Below are positions 12,480 to 25,620 of a DNA stretch of 64,000 bases, piece after piece. The notes under the pieces are model-generated. The model saw only the letters and a program-made list of their open reading frames with translations. It was not told where the DNA came from and did no database searches. Location of the stretch: positions 31,436,001 through 31,500,000 of the forward strand of contig CM052816.1 in the NCBI GenBank assembly GCA_028534125.1. Direction: 5' to 3'. Numbering within the stretch: the first letter of the stretch is position 1; every line of letters starts with the position of its first letter. The translations under genes were made by a program, and so were the position numbers. This DNA comes from Lama glama. Lineage: Eukaryota.

Positions 12480-15400
12480 TTAGAAATTGTGAAATTTGTC
12501 ATAATATAGAAGAGGGTATTAAACATGTACAATTTAAAAAGAAAATTATAAAGCACATACTCATAATAATTAATGCTCAGGTTAAGAAATGCAATATTGC
12601 CAGCACCATAAAAAGATCCTATGTATCTTTTCCAGATCACATTCCTGAATTTCCTCCCTAGAGATAACTAATGTTTTTCTTGTAATGAAAATATTGTTTT
12701 CTTTTTCTTTTTACCAGTTATGTATGCTAGTTCTTCTCAAACTACTTTTGAAAAAATTTCCAAGTTATCACAAACTCACAATACAAACGTATAAATACAA
12801 AATCATGCTTGAATGCTTTGGTAATACTGAATTGCTACCAGCCTTTCTAAATGCTTACTTTCTCTGCATGCTTCCTCTCACTTTAAGTGCTTCTCTCTTC
12901 ATCAGCCAAAAACAGTTCAGTATGGTCACTGGACCACACTCTGAATGGTACTGATGTCTCCTTTCCTGAAAAATGTCTAAAAAAATCAGGCAAAAGTAAA
13001 CTTTAATAAATAAAGTTTAATGGAGTATTAAATTCTGTTTAATAAATTAGATATTACATGTCTTCTTTCGTGACTTTGTTTTGCTACATCATCCGTGTTG
13101 ATGCATCTGGCTGTAATTTTCATTACCGTGTGGTAGTCCATCATATAAATACATCAGAGTTATGTGTCTGCTCTACTGTGATGGAGTTTTGCTGTTACAA
13201 ACAAAGCCACTATGAATATTTCTGTATATTATGTTCTGTTACACATGTGTATCATCCCTTGAGAATACATCTAGGAGTGGAATTGTTGGCTTACAGAGTA
13301 TGTGTGTTTTCATCTTTACTAGGTGCCACCTAGCTTTCCTAAAGCAATTGTCTGAATCAGTGCTTTCACCAGTAGCAATAGAAAGTTCCATATTTGATGT
13401 TGTGAGACTTTAAAACTTTTGAAAATCTCCTGGGTTTATAATGTTGTAAAGGCAGCACTTAAGAATTTCAGAAATAATGGTTCAGAGAATAAAATCCACC
13501 TGTAATTCCATTATCCATTTTGATATATCTCAGTTATTTTCATAGATATATGTGTATATTTTTTAAAGAAATGGGTATTATACCTCATTGTTGCTTAATT
13601 TGAATTTCTATGAAGTTAATTGTTTTTTCTCACAGGTTTAATTACCACTTGGATTTCCTCTTTGTGAAGTCCCTGTTCAGATGTTTTTCCCATTTTAAGA
13701 CATTGGATGTTTTGGTTAACAGGATTCCTTTACATATTCAGAAGACTGATCCTTTGGTTTTAAGTGTTTGGATATCTTCTCACAGTTTCTGTTTGTTTTC
13801 TGCCCCTAGTGAAGTATATCAGTCTTTTCCCATATTGTTGGCATTTTTATGTCTTATTTGAGAAATACCTCTCTATCCTGAGATCATAAATATCTTCTCC
13901 TGTACCATGTTCAAAAATATGTATAATTTTATTTTCTACTTGAATTGAGTTCTATGTATGGGATAAGGTAGGTAACCAGGTTTTTTGTTTTTTGTTTTTT
14001 TTTCTTGAACACATTTCTTTCTCTTTTGATTTGCCATGCCAATTCTGTGATCTATTAAATGCCCATATTTACCTGAGTCTTATTTCTGTTCTATTCCATT
14101 GATCAGTTTGTTTATACACCAGTAACAAACTATCTTAATTACTAAAGCTTTAAAAATTATTGATATTTAGTAAAACAGATGTTTATAATTTGTTCTTCAA
14201 GATTTTGTCTGCCATCTGTCCCTTGCATTTTATATAAAGTTTAGATTTAGTACAAGTTTCAACAAGACAAAATAAATCTGCTAGGATTTTGACTGGAGTA
14301 GTATTTAATGTGTCAAGACTTTCTTCTTTTATAATATTGCAATTTCCATTGAATGAACCTATCTTTTTCATTGCTAGGGCCTTCCTTAGATCTTTTGATA
14401 AAGTTTTATAATTTTATTCATAGAAGTATTCCATGTGTTTTTGTTATGTTAATCTTGTTTATATTTTTTGATGCTATTTAATTTTGTTGTTGTTGCTGGT
14501 GCATGGAAATACAACTTTTAAATTGATTTTTCTATTCAGCATCTTTGCTAAATTCTCTTGTCAATTCTCGTAATTTATCTGTAGATTCTTTGGACTTTTT
14601 GTGTGTACAGTTGTCTCATCTGCAAGTCAGGATACTTTTGTCTTTTTGTTCCTCACACCTTTTCTTTGTTTTTCTTGTCTAATTACAATTGACAGGGACC
14701 TCCAGTACAATGTTGAATAGAAGTCATAATAGGCATTCTTGTTTTGTTCTTGTTCTCTAGAAATGCTTTCAAGGTATCCTGTAAACAGTTTATGATTTTT
14801 TAATTAAATTTAGAAATTTCCCTTCTATTCTTAGTTTGCCAAGAGGTTTTTTTTTTAATAATCATAAGTGATGTCAGAGTTTATCAAAAGCTTTTTCTGT
14901 ATTTATTGAGAAAAATAATTGTTTTGCCATCTTTATTCTCTTAATGTGGTCAGTTATGAGGACTGATCTTCTGTTGTTAAACCAACCTTTTTCTGATTTG
15001 TTTGTTTTTAATGGCTAGATTTGGTTTGTTTCAAGATCTTTGCTCAATATCAAGATTATACATCCTTATAAAATGAGTTGGAGAGAGGCTTTCTTTCCCT
15101 AGTTTCAGGACGAGCTTCTACAAGATTTACATCTTCCTTAAATCTTTTATTACAAATCTTAGGTGAAGTATGTTTGGTTGGGATCTGGTGTGGTCTTTGT
15201 GAGATACTGATTCATTTTTTTTATTATTAATGAGAGTATTTCCTCTTATGGAATATTTCCGAGAATCTGTCCATGTCATCTACATTTTCAAATTTATTAG
15301 CACAGTGTTATTCCAATCCGTTTTTTTAATAATATGTCAGATTTGTACTGTCATCCTCTTCATTCCTGATACTGTTATTTATAGTTACAAATTTATACTA

Positions 15401-15480
15401 TTTATTATATAAGATATTTATATCTTCTTTTTTACTTGTCCGGTCTTAGCAGAGACTCATCACTTATACTGTTTTTTTCA
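12480..15480 (-). mobile_element. Degraded old L1 (3'UTR and ORF2 remnants)
   Basis: T-rich + strand with L1 antisense motifs (acctccagtacaatgttgaatagaag, ttcccttctattcttagtttg, ctcattgttgcttaatttgaatttc). Confidence 0.75.
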
Positions 15481-15494
15481 GAAAGTCAGTATTT

Positions 15495-16290
15495 TTTCCT
15501 TCCAGTTTTACTGAGATATAATTGACATATAGCACTGTGTAAGTTTAAGGTGTACAGTAGAACATTTGACTTACGTACATCATGAAGTGATTACTACAGT
15601 AATTTTAGTCATCATATAGATAATAAAAGAAAAACTTTTATCTATTTTTTCCTTGTGATGAGAACTCGAGTTCTTACAACAGTCTTAACAACTTTCATAT
15701 ATAACATATAGCAGTGTACATATAGCAGTGTCAGTTCTCCTAATCATTTTGTATATTACATTCCTAGTACTTATACAACTGAAAATTTGTACCTTTTGAC
15801 TACGTTCATCTAGGTCCCCCTTCCTCACCCCTACCTCTGGTAACTATAAATCTGATCTTTTTTTCTATGCGGTTGTTTGGTTGGTTGGTTTTTTAAGAGA
15901 ATTGACCTACGGCACTATGCTAGTTCCTGGTGTACAGCATAGTGATTCAGTATTTCCATACATTACAAAATGGTCACTATGGTAAGTCTTGATACCATCT
16001 GTCACCACACAGACTATATTCTTCATGTTGTACGTTTCATCCCTATGACATTTATTTTGTACAGAAGTTTGTACCTCCTAGTTTCCCTCACATATTTCAC
16101 TCATCCCCCACCTCTTTCCCCTCTGGCAACCACCTGTTTGTTCCCTGGATCTATGACTTTGTTTCTGTTTTGTTATGTATGTTCATTTGTTTTTTAGATT
16201 CCACATATAAGTGAAATCATATAGTATTTTCTTTCTCTTACTTATTTCACTTAGCATAATACCCTCTAGGTATTTCTATATTCTTGTAAT
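15495..16290 (-). mobile_element. L1 3'UTR of a younger subfamily
   Basis: ttttactgagatataattgacatatagcactgtgtaagtttaaggtgtacag ... agattccacatataagtgaaatcat. Confidence 0.75.
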
Positions 16291-16359
16291 GGATATTTAG
16301 CTCAGATCTGTTGTAACGTATATTTAAAACTACAGATTTCTCTCTTACTGTTCTTTAGA

Positions 16360-16950
16360 TCAATGTTAATTTTCTATGCTATGTAACAAATTACCACAAA
16401 TGTACCAGTTTAAAACGTATATATTATCTCACGATATCTACAGGTTAAGAGTCTTGGCACAGCTTAGCTGGGTCCTGTGTTCAGGGTCTCACAGGGCTGC
16501 AATCAAGTAGTCACTTGGACTGCCTTCTTACCTGGAACTTGGGGGGCCTCTTCCAAACTCATCAGGTTGTTAGCAAAATTCAGCTGCTTGCAGCTGTAGA
16601 ACTGAGGCCTTTAGCCACTTGAGGCTGCTCCTCTCCATAAGCGCTTCACATCATGACTGGTTCTTCAAGGCCAGCAGGAGAAAATAAGTTGCTTTGATTC
16701 TCTTCTTTCAGGGAAGGCTTGACAGGATTCACCCGATTATATCAGAGCTTCTTCCCACCCCTGGAATAATCTCCCTTTCAATAAACTCAGAGTCAACTGA
16801 ATAAGGACCTTAATAGCATCTTAAAAATCTTTTCACCTTTACCGTATTCTGTTGATAAGAAGTCAATTACAGGTTCTGCCTACACAAACGTATGGGGATG
16901 GGGATAGTGAGGTATTTTGGGGCCATCTTAGAATTCTGCCTACCAGGAAC
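16360..16950 (-). mobile_element. MLT1 (MaLR) LTR
   Basis: atgtaacaaattaccacaaa...ggcacagcttagctgggtcc...ggccatcttagaattctgcctacca. Confidence 0.7.
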
Positions 16951-17422
16951 CCCATTCTACAAGTCTTGATATCTATTTTAGTTACTCATCAATTTCAAAG
17001 AATTTTTTGATTTCATTACTACTTCTGATCTGACCCATAGATATTATTTGGAACTATAATTCTTAATTTCCAAACACATGTATTGAAGTTATCTTTTATT
17101 ATTGATTTCTAACATAATTGCTTTGTGATCAGATAATATATTTTCTATATAACTTAAATTCTTTGGAATTTTTTGACAATTGCTTTATGACTCTGTTTAC
17201 CTCCCTCCCTTTATATGTTGTCATATATTTTGTATCTAAAAGTCATTACTGTTGCTTTATATAGCCAGTATTCATTTCCATTTACCCATGTATTTGCCAC
17301 CTTTTTGCTCTCTGTTCCTTGCTGTGTCTTTGAGCTTCCATAATAATTTTCCTTCTGCCTGAAGAGTACATTTAGAATTTTTGGCTGCAAATTCACTTTG
17401 CCCTTTTTTTTTTTAATGTCTT

Positions 17423-17788
17423 TGTTACTGGGAAAAGGAAAGTAAGAATTACCTTAGTTTTTAGTCACCAGAAAAAAAGATTCTTGATGAGTGACAAAAA
17501 AGTGTGATAAGCAAAATTTTTATTAGTGAAATAAAAAAAATAGTGAAAGATAGTACACTCCCAAGAATTGGGAGCGGGCCAATCCAAGAGAGAAAAAATG
17601 GCGCCGTTCCTTTGTTTTTTCCTGTTTTTATATCCTGGTTTCATGATTGATTAATTGACTGATTGATTGACAACTCAGGTTCCCTGCATTCTGGTTGATT
17701 GACAGCTCAGGTTCCTTGTGTTCTGGATTGTTTCTTTCCCCTTCCTCTCCCCCTGCCCAGTGCTCATTTCTGCCTAAACTACCTAACA
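17423..17788 (-). mobile_element. Solo ERV1-type LTR, 366 bp
   Basis: TGTTA...TAACA terminal inverted repeat, 4-bp TSD TCTT (17419-17422, 17789-17792), minus-strand TATAAA (17627-17632) and AATAAA (17519-17524). Confidence 0.85.
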
Positions 17789-17864
17789 TCTTTATTTTAG
17801 CTTTATTCCTGCAGGAGATTTTTGCTAGGCATAGAATTCTCTTGAAGATACAGTTTTATGGTTT

Positions 17865-18040
17865 CTTTTTTTAAATTGAAGTACAGTCAGTTACAATGTG
17901 TTAATCTCTGGTGTACAGCACGATGTCCTGGTCATATATATACACATACATATATTTGTTTTCATATTCTTTTTCATTAAAGGCTACTACAAGATACTGA
18001 ATATAGATCCTTGTGCTATACAGAAGATATTTGTTTTTTA
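17865..18040 (-). mobile_element. Short L1 3' end of a family recurring in this window
   Basis: Similar to copies at ~37030, ~41790 (minus) and ~40165 (plus): attgaagtacagtcagttacaatgtgttaat...ctacaagatactgaatatag. Confidence 0.75.
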
Positions 18041-19575
18041 TTTATCTCATTGTCTTCTGGCTTCCCTTTTGTTACTATGAAGAAATCAGCTATCAATCTT
18101 TTGCTTCATTGAAACTAATCAGTCTTTATTCCTTTCTCTGGCTGCTTTCAAGTTTTTCCCTTTGTATTTGATTTTTGGCAGTTTAATTATGCTGTGTTAA
18201 GTGAGAATTTCATTGTATTTTCCTGCTTGGGTTTTATTAGGCATCTTGGATGAGTTGACATGTCAGCTCTGGGAAGTTCTCAACTATAATCTCTTTAAAT
18301 ATTGCCTCTGTCCAGTATTCTCTCTCCTTGCCTTCTGGGGCTCCGAGTAAACATTTGTTAGAACTTCTTGGTTTTCTTTCTTACATCTCTTCATGTTTCT
18401 TCTATATGTTCTGTATCTATTTCCTCTGATCATCCTAGATAGTTTCTTCTTAAATAGCTTGTAAAGCACAATCCGCTTTTCAGCTGTTTTTAATTTGCCG
18501 TAAGACTCATTCATTGAGTTCATAATTTGTTTTTATAGTTTTTAATTATGTTTTTCTGTTAGATTCTTTTTCTTATCTGCTCTATTGCTTTTTATGGTAT
18601 CCAGTTCCTTGCTGCAGTTTTAAGTGAGAATTTTATTTCCATGGAGTATCCTTTGTGTCTGATAATCCCAGTGTCTACTGTCTGCCCTGGTTCTGTTTCT
18701 ACTGTCTTTATTTCATGTTGCTTCTAGTTAATGTTGTCTTGGTTATTCTTGTATCTCAGTATCATTGCTTGTTAACTTGAAAACCCTGAAAAAAATTTGG
18801 AAATAATTTAAGATCTGGGATGATTTTCTCTTCCTTAAGAGGTTTTGTTCTTTCTGCCATGTACCTGAGGTCATTAGCAGTCTCAAACTTTGGCTTTAGA
18901 TTCTTGTCCCTGTCCAGATGGCCCACTGGACTGCAGTTTGTACCCTCACTCCAGGATAGAGCCCGTGGGCTTCAGTCTAGAGCAAGGGTTGTTTCTTCAC
19001 TTTTGGTGGATACCAAACACAACCCTTTCCAACTCTTGTTGCTGAAAATACAACTCTACTTCTCAACTAATTGCTCTAGGTTGGCAATCCACCCCAAGGG
19101 TAACAGTAATCCTACTATTCCCTGAACTCTAAAGCTCTCCCTGAATTTGACCAGGTAAATGCTATCTTATGTCTTCAAGATGTTTATTGTGTTTCCTCAT
19201 GTTTCATCTTAAGTGGGAGATCAAATATTTTATGATTTCTGTTGTGGTTAATTTATTGACCAATGGCTTATTTCAAAATGTGTCCTTTAATTTCCAAACA
19301 AATAGGGACTTTTCTAGTTTATCTCTGTTTTTGTTTTTCAGATTAGTGGTTAGTGAACATATTTGTATTATTTCAACCTTTTTAATTTGTTTTGATTTTG
19401 CCTTGTTGAGACTTGCTCTATGGTCAAAAATACTCTGGTTTTGTCAGTGTTCCACATGTATGTGAAGAAATGTGTATTCTGAAATTATATTGAGTGCCAT
19501 AATCTATACATGTCAGTGAGGCCAAGTTCATTAATCGTGTTTAAGTCATTTATATCCTTACTGATTGATGTGTGA
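18040..19575 (-). mobile_element. Old L1 fragments with ORF1- and endonuclease-like remnants
   Basis: Minus-strand translation KDINDLNTINELGLTDMYRLWH resembles L1 ORF2 endonuclease; ORF 18284-18523 resembles degraded ORF1. Confidence 0.6.
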
Positions 19576-20969
19576 GTCTGCTGGACATATGTAAGACATC
19601 TGGGGAAATGGGAGAGTGAGCTAAAAAAAAGACAGAGGATCGAGACCCTGAAAACAGCATTTAAAGTCAAGGGTTTCAGGGGTGTGAAGCTACAGGGAAA
19701 ACATTTTACATGTCAGAGAAGCCGTCTCTTTCCTGACTTAATTAGCACTCCTCTCCCCACTTTACTTGGCTTTCTTCATTCATTCATTATCAATGAATAG
19801 ATTTGAAATTGTAAAAACTGTTGTCTGTCTCCTCCTTGAGTAGACTGCAAAATCTCCATTTGGACTGGGGCTGTGTCTGTCTTGTTCACACTGTATCCCT
19901 GGTGCCTAGCACATAGAAGACACTAAATATTTGTGGCATAAGTGATATGCAAACTAGATAATTTGGGGAGAAAAAATTAAACTCGTAACCAATTTAAAAA
20001 AATTTTTAGCACAACATATGAATATTTATGAAGAACAATGCAAAATTTGTAGCTATTTAAAACAACTTGCCCTGGGCGTTAGTGACTTTGGATTCATTTA
20101 TGCATGTGATGTGGTAGTGAATGGGGAAGTAAATGTTTATTGTATTTGTCATTAGTGGTATTTCAATGAAAAGTTTCGAAAAGCAGCGATTTGAAGGGTT
20201 GCCAGAGGAAGACGAACAGGCAGAGACTGAAAGAGAAGAATTTTAACAAGTAGGATGAGTATAAGGCACAATGCCAAGGAATTTTCTATCCATTATCATC
20301 TCTGAGATTTGGAAATGGGTTTCCCTCCTTTGGCAGTAAGTAGGGATTGCCTGAAAATTAAGACTTAGGTGGGTGGGTGGAGGCACAGTTTCTGAACTGG
20401 CTTCCCTGGGAATGACTAGGATTGGGAGCCTGAGGTAGAGACGGTAGGATCACGTATTTGGCTTTTATCAGGCTTTCTGTGCTTCTTAGATTACTTGATT
20501 GCTTTTTTGTCCTTCCTTAATATTCAGCAGAGTTCCAGTCTGCTTCGGCTGTGAAAAAGACTCTTGAGAAAGAATCTCTCTCAAGGTGGCTTTTTTCGGA
20601 GGTGGGGGAAAGATTGGGGGTTCCTGATGCGCCGCCACCCCCATTCAGGGTGGTTTACCGCAGCAATAGTCAGTGAGAGAACCCCAAAGGGAAAGTTAAA
20701 GCTAAGAGGTCAACTTGGAGGACCTGGAGAGTCGCTGTACCTCGGGCAGGCTCTTAGAGGGCTTGTTTGGGCGAGACCGGCTGTTTTCTTCATTTACAGT
20801 CTAGAGGCTTCGTCTTTTGGGAGCCCAGGCTTGGCCGCAGGCTCAGCGTTGGATGTGCTAGGTAGGCGCGGGGGCAGTGGCTGCTGCTCCCACCCCAGCA
20901 CCCAGGTCTGTAAGGAACGGACACATTGGAGTCCTCTTCCCTCCCAGCCTCGAAGTCGGGCTTTACGGG

Positions 20970-21480
20970 GACATATAAATATATAATATATATGAATAAA
21001 AAAATAAAGGCAGCAGCGCCGGGAGAGTTTCCCGCGCGAATTCCCCTCCTCCGCCCTCCTGGGCCCGCTCCTCCCCGCCGCCCAGAAACTTCCAGGCTCG
21101 CTAACCCCGGACCCTCCCCGGTGGGGCGGCCCCGCGCCCGGCAGGCAGGCCGGCCTGCAAGGGTTAAGTGGCGGCGCGTCTCCGAGGGGAGGAGACTCGG
21201 CGGTCCCCAGACTTCCGCGCGTCCCGGCTCGAGCGGAGCCGGGCAGAGGGCGTGGGGACGCGAAGTGCGGCGCCGCGGGCCCGCAGCCGAGGGGAAGTCG
21301 CGCCACGCTCGGCGGGCGAGGAGGACGAGCCGCGGTGGGGCTGCCGCGCCGCCCGCCCGCTTCTCCGGCAAGTAGCGGGCGCCGGGGCTGGGGGGCTGGG
21401 GTGCGGGGCCGGGGCGCGCGCGGGGCGCTCCCGGCCGGCGGGGGCCTGGGGGGCGGGGGGCGGGGCGCAGCCCTCCTTTC
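20970..21480 (+). promoter_or_regulatory. TICAM2: CpG island / TICAM2 promoter
   Basis: Only CpG-dense region in the window; GC boxes (GGGGCGG ~21123, GGGCGTGGGG ~21248), kB-like sites 21021-21046, ETS core (ACTTCC) ~21088 and ~21211; lies upstream of the TICAM2 coding exon. Confidence 0.85.
21170..21367 (+). other. TICAM2: Probable non-coding TICAM2 exon 1 (start approximate), ending at a GC-type donor
   Basis: CCG|GCAAGT at 21365-21373 followed by G-runs; no ATG seen in the segment; human TICAM2 is recalled as a two-exon gene. Confidence 0.6.
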
Positions 21481-22179
21481 GGCCCTGCCTCTCTCTGAAG
21501 GAGAACCCACGCAACTCCCTGCCTCTCTCATAAGTTTCATGTTGACTAGAAAACCTACTTTTCAAAGAAACCTCGGAACTCTAAGCAAAGAGCCCAGCAT
21601 CTCAAACGGCTTAAAGGTTCTTTGGGAGCCTCTTCCAGGCCCCCCTGAATCAGTGCTGAAAGTTTTGGTTTTGGTTTTCTCTTTGAGATCTTGTCCAAAA
21701 GCTAATTTGGATAGAAGTAACTGGTGCTGGCAGCTGTGAGCTCGTTTTCAGTTGTGTGTTAGTTGGGACCTCCAGTTTTTTATGGCAGTAGAGTTTTTTT
21801 TTCTTCAAAAATATGATACATTTTAAATGATGCGTTGGTTATAAATGGAGTTAAGCAACTGCATTTTATATCTCATTGAAATCTGAGAGTAGATGAACAG
21901 GTATAGAATAATGAATGCCTTTCCTGCTGAAGCGAAGTCCAGCTGTATGGAACCTGAAATCTAAACCGCGTTTATACTGTTGCATCTTTTGCACCTCTTT
22001 TGTTGAGTCCTTTGCTACTTGTGGTATTTTAAAATTTATTCATTTAAACACTGATAAATTTCTTGTCTTTAAATACCACCCCCCTTGACCAAACATCTCC
22101 TTCTATGACCCACCCATTTCTTTGCTCCCTTTATTTAAAGAAAAGAAAGAGAGAAAGAAAAAAAGTCCTTTGAAAGACT

Positions 22180-23180
22180 TGCCTCCAAGCGTCTATTTAC
22201 ACTCCTGTTCCTCCTCCACCCTCTCATCTCAGGCATTTTGTCTCCCTCACCCCCAAGTCACCAGTGAGATCACTCACGTTGTCACTTGAGAAATCCAGTG
22301 ACTGTGCAAGTTTTCACCTCCTGTGACACAGCTGATCGCTCCCTTCTCCGTGGTATTTTTTCTTTGGCTTCCAGACCACCACGTTCTACATTTCCTTCCA
22401 TCTCACTGGTCACTTCTGCTGTGTTTCCAGGCTTTTCCTTTTCCCAACCGCCGCAGGGCTCAGTTCTTGGTCATATTCTCTTTCGAGCCATACTTTCTCC
22501 CAAGGCAATTTCTATTCCAAGTCATAAGTCTTGACAATAAATAACATCTATAAGCTGATGACTTCCAAATTTTTCTCCCTAGCCTTACTTCTCTCCTGAA
22601 CTCTAGGTACATATATCTAGCTATTTACTCAACATCTCCACTTGGAAGTCTGATCGGCATTTAAATTTAGTATGTCCAAACAGAATTACTGATACACACT
22701 CACTCAGTCCTCTCTTGTTTCCCACTCAGTTACCTTCCTTACCACAGGAGATCTTATGGCCAGTCAATGAGGCTGAAACTCTAGGATCACCATTGACTCC
22801 TCTTTTTAGTTCAGATCCCACATCCGAGCATCCAGCAAATTCTGTTACCTCTACTCGGAAAAAGGTATCTCAAATTTGACCACGTATTACTCTCTCCCTA
22901 ATACAAACCACAATTCCCTTTTACTTGGGTGACTGTGAGGTCTCTGATTTGTTCTTTCTGCTTCTACCCTTCCTCCTCCTCTACAGTGCTTCTCCAAACA
23001 GCAATGATTTTTAAAAATATATAATCAGAACTTTCACTTCCCTTCAAACCTTCTGGTGGCTTCTCATCAGAATCATAAAAACCAAATTCGTACGATGGCT
23101 CAAAGCCTTGTGTGGCTCATCTAACCCCTGACTGCTTCTCAGATCTCTCCTCCTTTCCCCCGGGCTCACTTCATAGTTGT
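22180..23180. mobile_element. L2 LINE fragment
   Basis: gctgatgacttccaaat...ctctcctgaactctag...actcaacatctccacttgga L2 core motifs. Confidence 0.75.
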
Positions 23181-25139
23181 GGCTCTGATCTTGCTGCTGT
23201 TCTCTTTGGCTGCAGTGGACCTCTGCTAGACCACCCCAGGCTGGACACTGTCACTTTCCTCACTTCCCTCCCTGTTAAGATGCTGATCAGGGGTGACTGC
23301 CATCGTCCTGCTAATATCCTTTTGTTACTGATAACTCTAGGTCGGTGGCTGCCAGCTACTGAACATTATTCTCTAATACTCCATGAAGCTCATGGCACCT
23401 TTGAATCATTGTTGGTTACTAGGGCTTTCTAATATTAAAAAGGCACCAGCATCTTACTCTTGAGTCTCATTTTGATAAGATATACAGTTTGCCCTTACAC
23501 TCTGTTTTTATAAAATGTTCTTCCTGGTTTGGAGATTTTTCCTTCTAAGGCCAGTTCTCATTTTTAAATACAGAAAATGAAAGGAAAATACTCAGTTTAC
23601 TGGAAAGAATATGCAATAATTTTTTTTTCAATTCCTTTGCTTCAGTGGGTAGCAGTAGTTTCTGATCTGGAACCTTGTTGAATGATACCAGTAACGTTTT
23701 AATGGGAAGAAGAATGAAGGAGCTTGTTCAGAGAATATTATACAAGTTTTTAACGTGTGTAGTGACTTAGCCAGTATCAGAATATTAAGATTTCATAGCA
23801 AAATTCAGTTCTCATTTAAAAATATGTGGGAATGGAAATGAAAAACAGTGTTTTCATCTTCATAAAAAGCTGTTAGAGGATAAAAGACTGTTTAATTTAT
23901 AATATTTATTTTTCATTTTAACTGCAAGGAACTAGTTCTGTGATGTTATCAGTAGCATACGTACTACCTTCCTCTCTTTTAGAAGAACAGAAACATTCGT
24001 TTTTCTCCTTTTCAAATTGGGATTTCAGATACATGAATAAATATGATAGAAGATGAAACAAAATTTTAAAGTAAAGAGATTTGGAATATGGAAGAATGGA
24101 AGAGTAGGATGGTTAAAGGGAGGCCATGAGTGAAGTCAGGATCCAGACTCCTGCACAAGCTTCTGTGTGTTGGTTAGAGAGCATTCATCCACTCGGAGCT
24201 CCCCAGCAGCTGAGAGAAGAGACAGGTGCCACAGGTCAAAAAGCAGGGGCCCAGTGGACGATCAGTTTGTGTATTTTTGTTTTTCTACCTGACAGAAGCT
24301 TTTTTTTTTTAAGTAATGAAACATTTACTTGCTCAAGGACCTGTTTTAGGTACTATGGGGATGAATACTCTGCCCTCTAGTGCTTGTAATTAAGTAAAAT
24401 ATTGGGGTACCCTTGTTTGGTTTAGTTAGAAAACCTAGACTATTGGAAAATTTGCATCTAGATTTAAAAAAAAACAAGAGCTGGAATAGAGTTAAACCTG
24501 GAAGTGAGCTAAATCCCCCCGGAATGTGCAGGTATGGCACATCGGGAACACTGTCTAGGGCATCAAGTTCACTTGATCTTTATTTAAAAATACAGAACCT
24601 GGAAAACAACTTATTTACTAAAAAATCTTTTCTCCCCCTAGATTGCATTATCATTGTAGAAAAAGAGGATATAGATATGGATGGATGTACATTCACGTGT
24701 CTGCCATCCACAGATAACCACCATTACCTTTTTGCTATACTTCTTTCCATCCTATTTTCTCTATAGTTTGTTTTCACCAAGTTGAGATCCTACTGTAAGT
24801 GCTCTTTTGTAGTCTGCTTTTTAACTTTTTCTTATGGAAGTATTTTCTCATGTCATTAAAATAATTCATAGTATTTGTAGACATTTTAATGATTTAATAG
24901 GATTCAATCATATGAATAATAGGACATAGTTTATGTTGCCATCCCCCCCTACTTTTTGAACATTTTGATTGCTTACCTCCAGTGGAATGTTGGCCAGCCT
25001 GTGATACAATGTACAAGTTCTCTAATAATAAGAAAATGTAGTCAGGTAACTCATACTTCAAAATTGCAATAAAATGTTTCCAAAGATCCTGTGACAGGAG
25101 AAAGCTGAGCAAGTTTGAGAAGCTGGAAAAGAAAAAAAA

Positions 25140-25620
25140 AAAAAGGCCCACATGCAGGGAACTGGAGGTGTAAAGGGGAGAAAAGCATGAGATGAGGTTG
25201 GAGCTGAAGGAGCCATATCATGCAGGGCATCCTTTGCTATGTTGAGAGCTCATGATTCTAAGAGCATTTGGAAGCTATTGCAGGGTTGTAAATGGAGTAA
25301 TCTAATCAGATGTATGTGCTTAGAAAGATCATTGTGGCTACTAAGTAGAGAATGGATTAGCCTGACCAAGAGTGGGTGTATGAGACAATTAGGAAGCAGC
25401 ATAGAGACCAGGAGAGAGATGTTGATCTAGAGCGAAAGCATGATGGGAAGGAAAGTGGAACATTTTGAGATGTGTTTTGCAGGTTGACTAGACAGGACTT
25501 CATGACAGCTTGGAAGTAAAAGTGTAGGAGTGGAGAGGGAGCGTGCCAGAGATGCCTGAGGTTTCTGTTTATTGTAACTGGGCAAATGACAGTGCCATTT
25601 ACCATGGTGGAGAAGTCTGG
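25140..25620. mobile_element. L2 LINE fragment, opposite orientation to the 22.2-kb copy
   Basis: Purine-rich L2 motifs (ttagaaagatcattgtggct, gtgccatttacc). Confidence 0.65.

Noticed and set aside
20564..21739. Several overlapping 121-248 aa ORFs on both strands
   Set aside because: Low-complexity Pro/Arg/Gly/Ala translations expected from stop-poor CpG-island DNA; no recognisable domain
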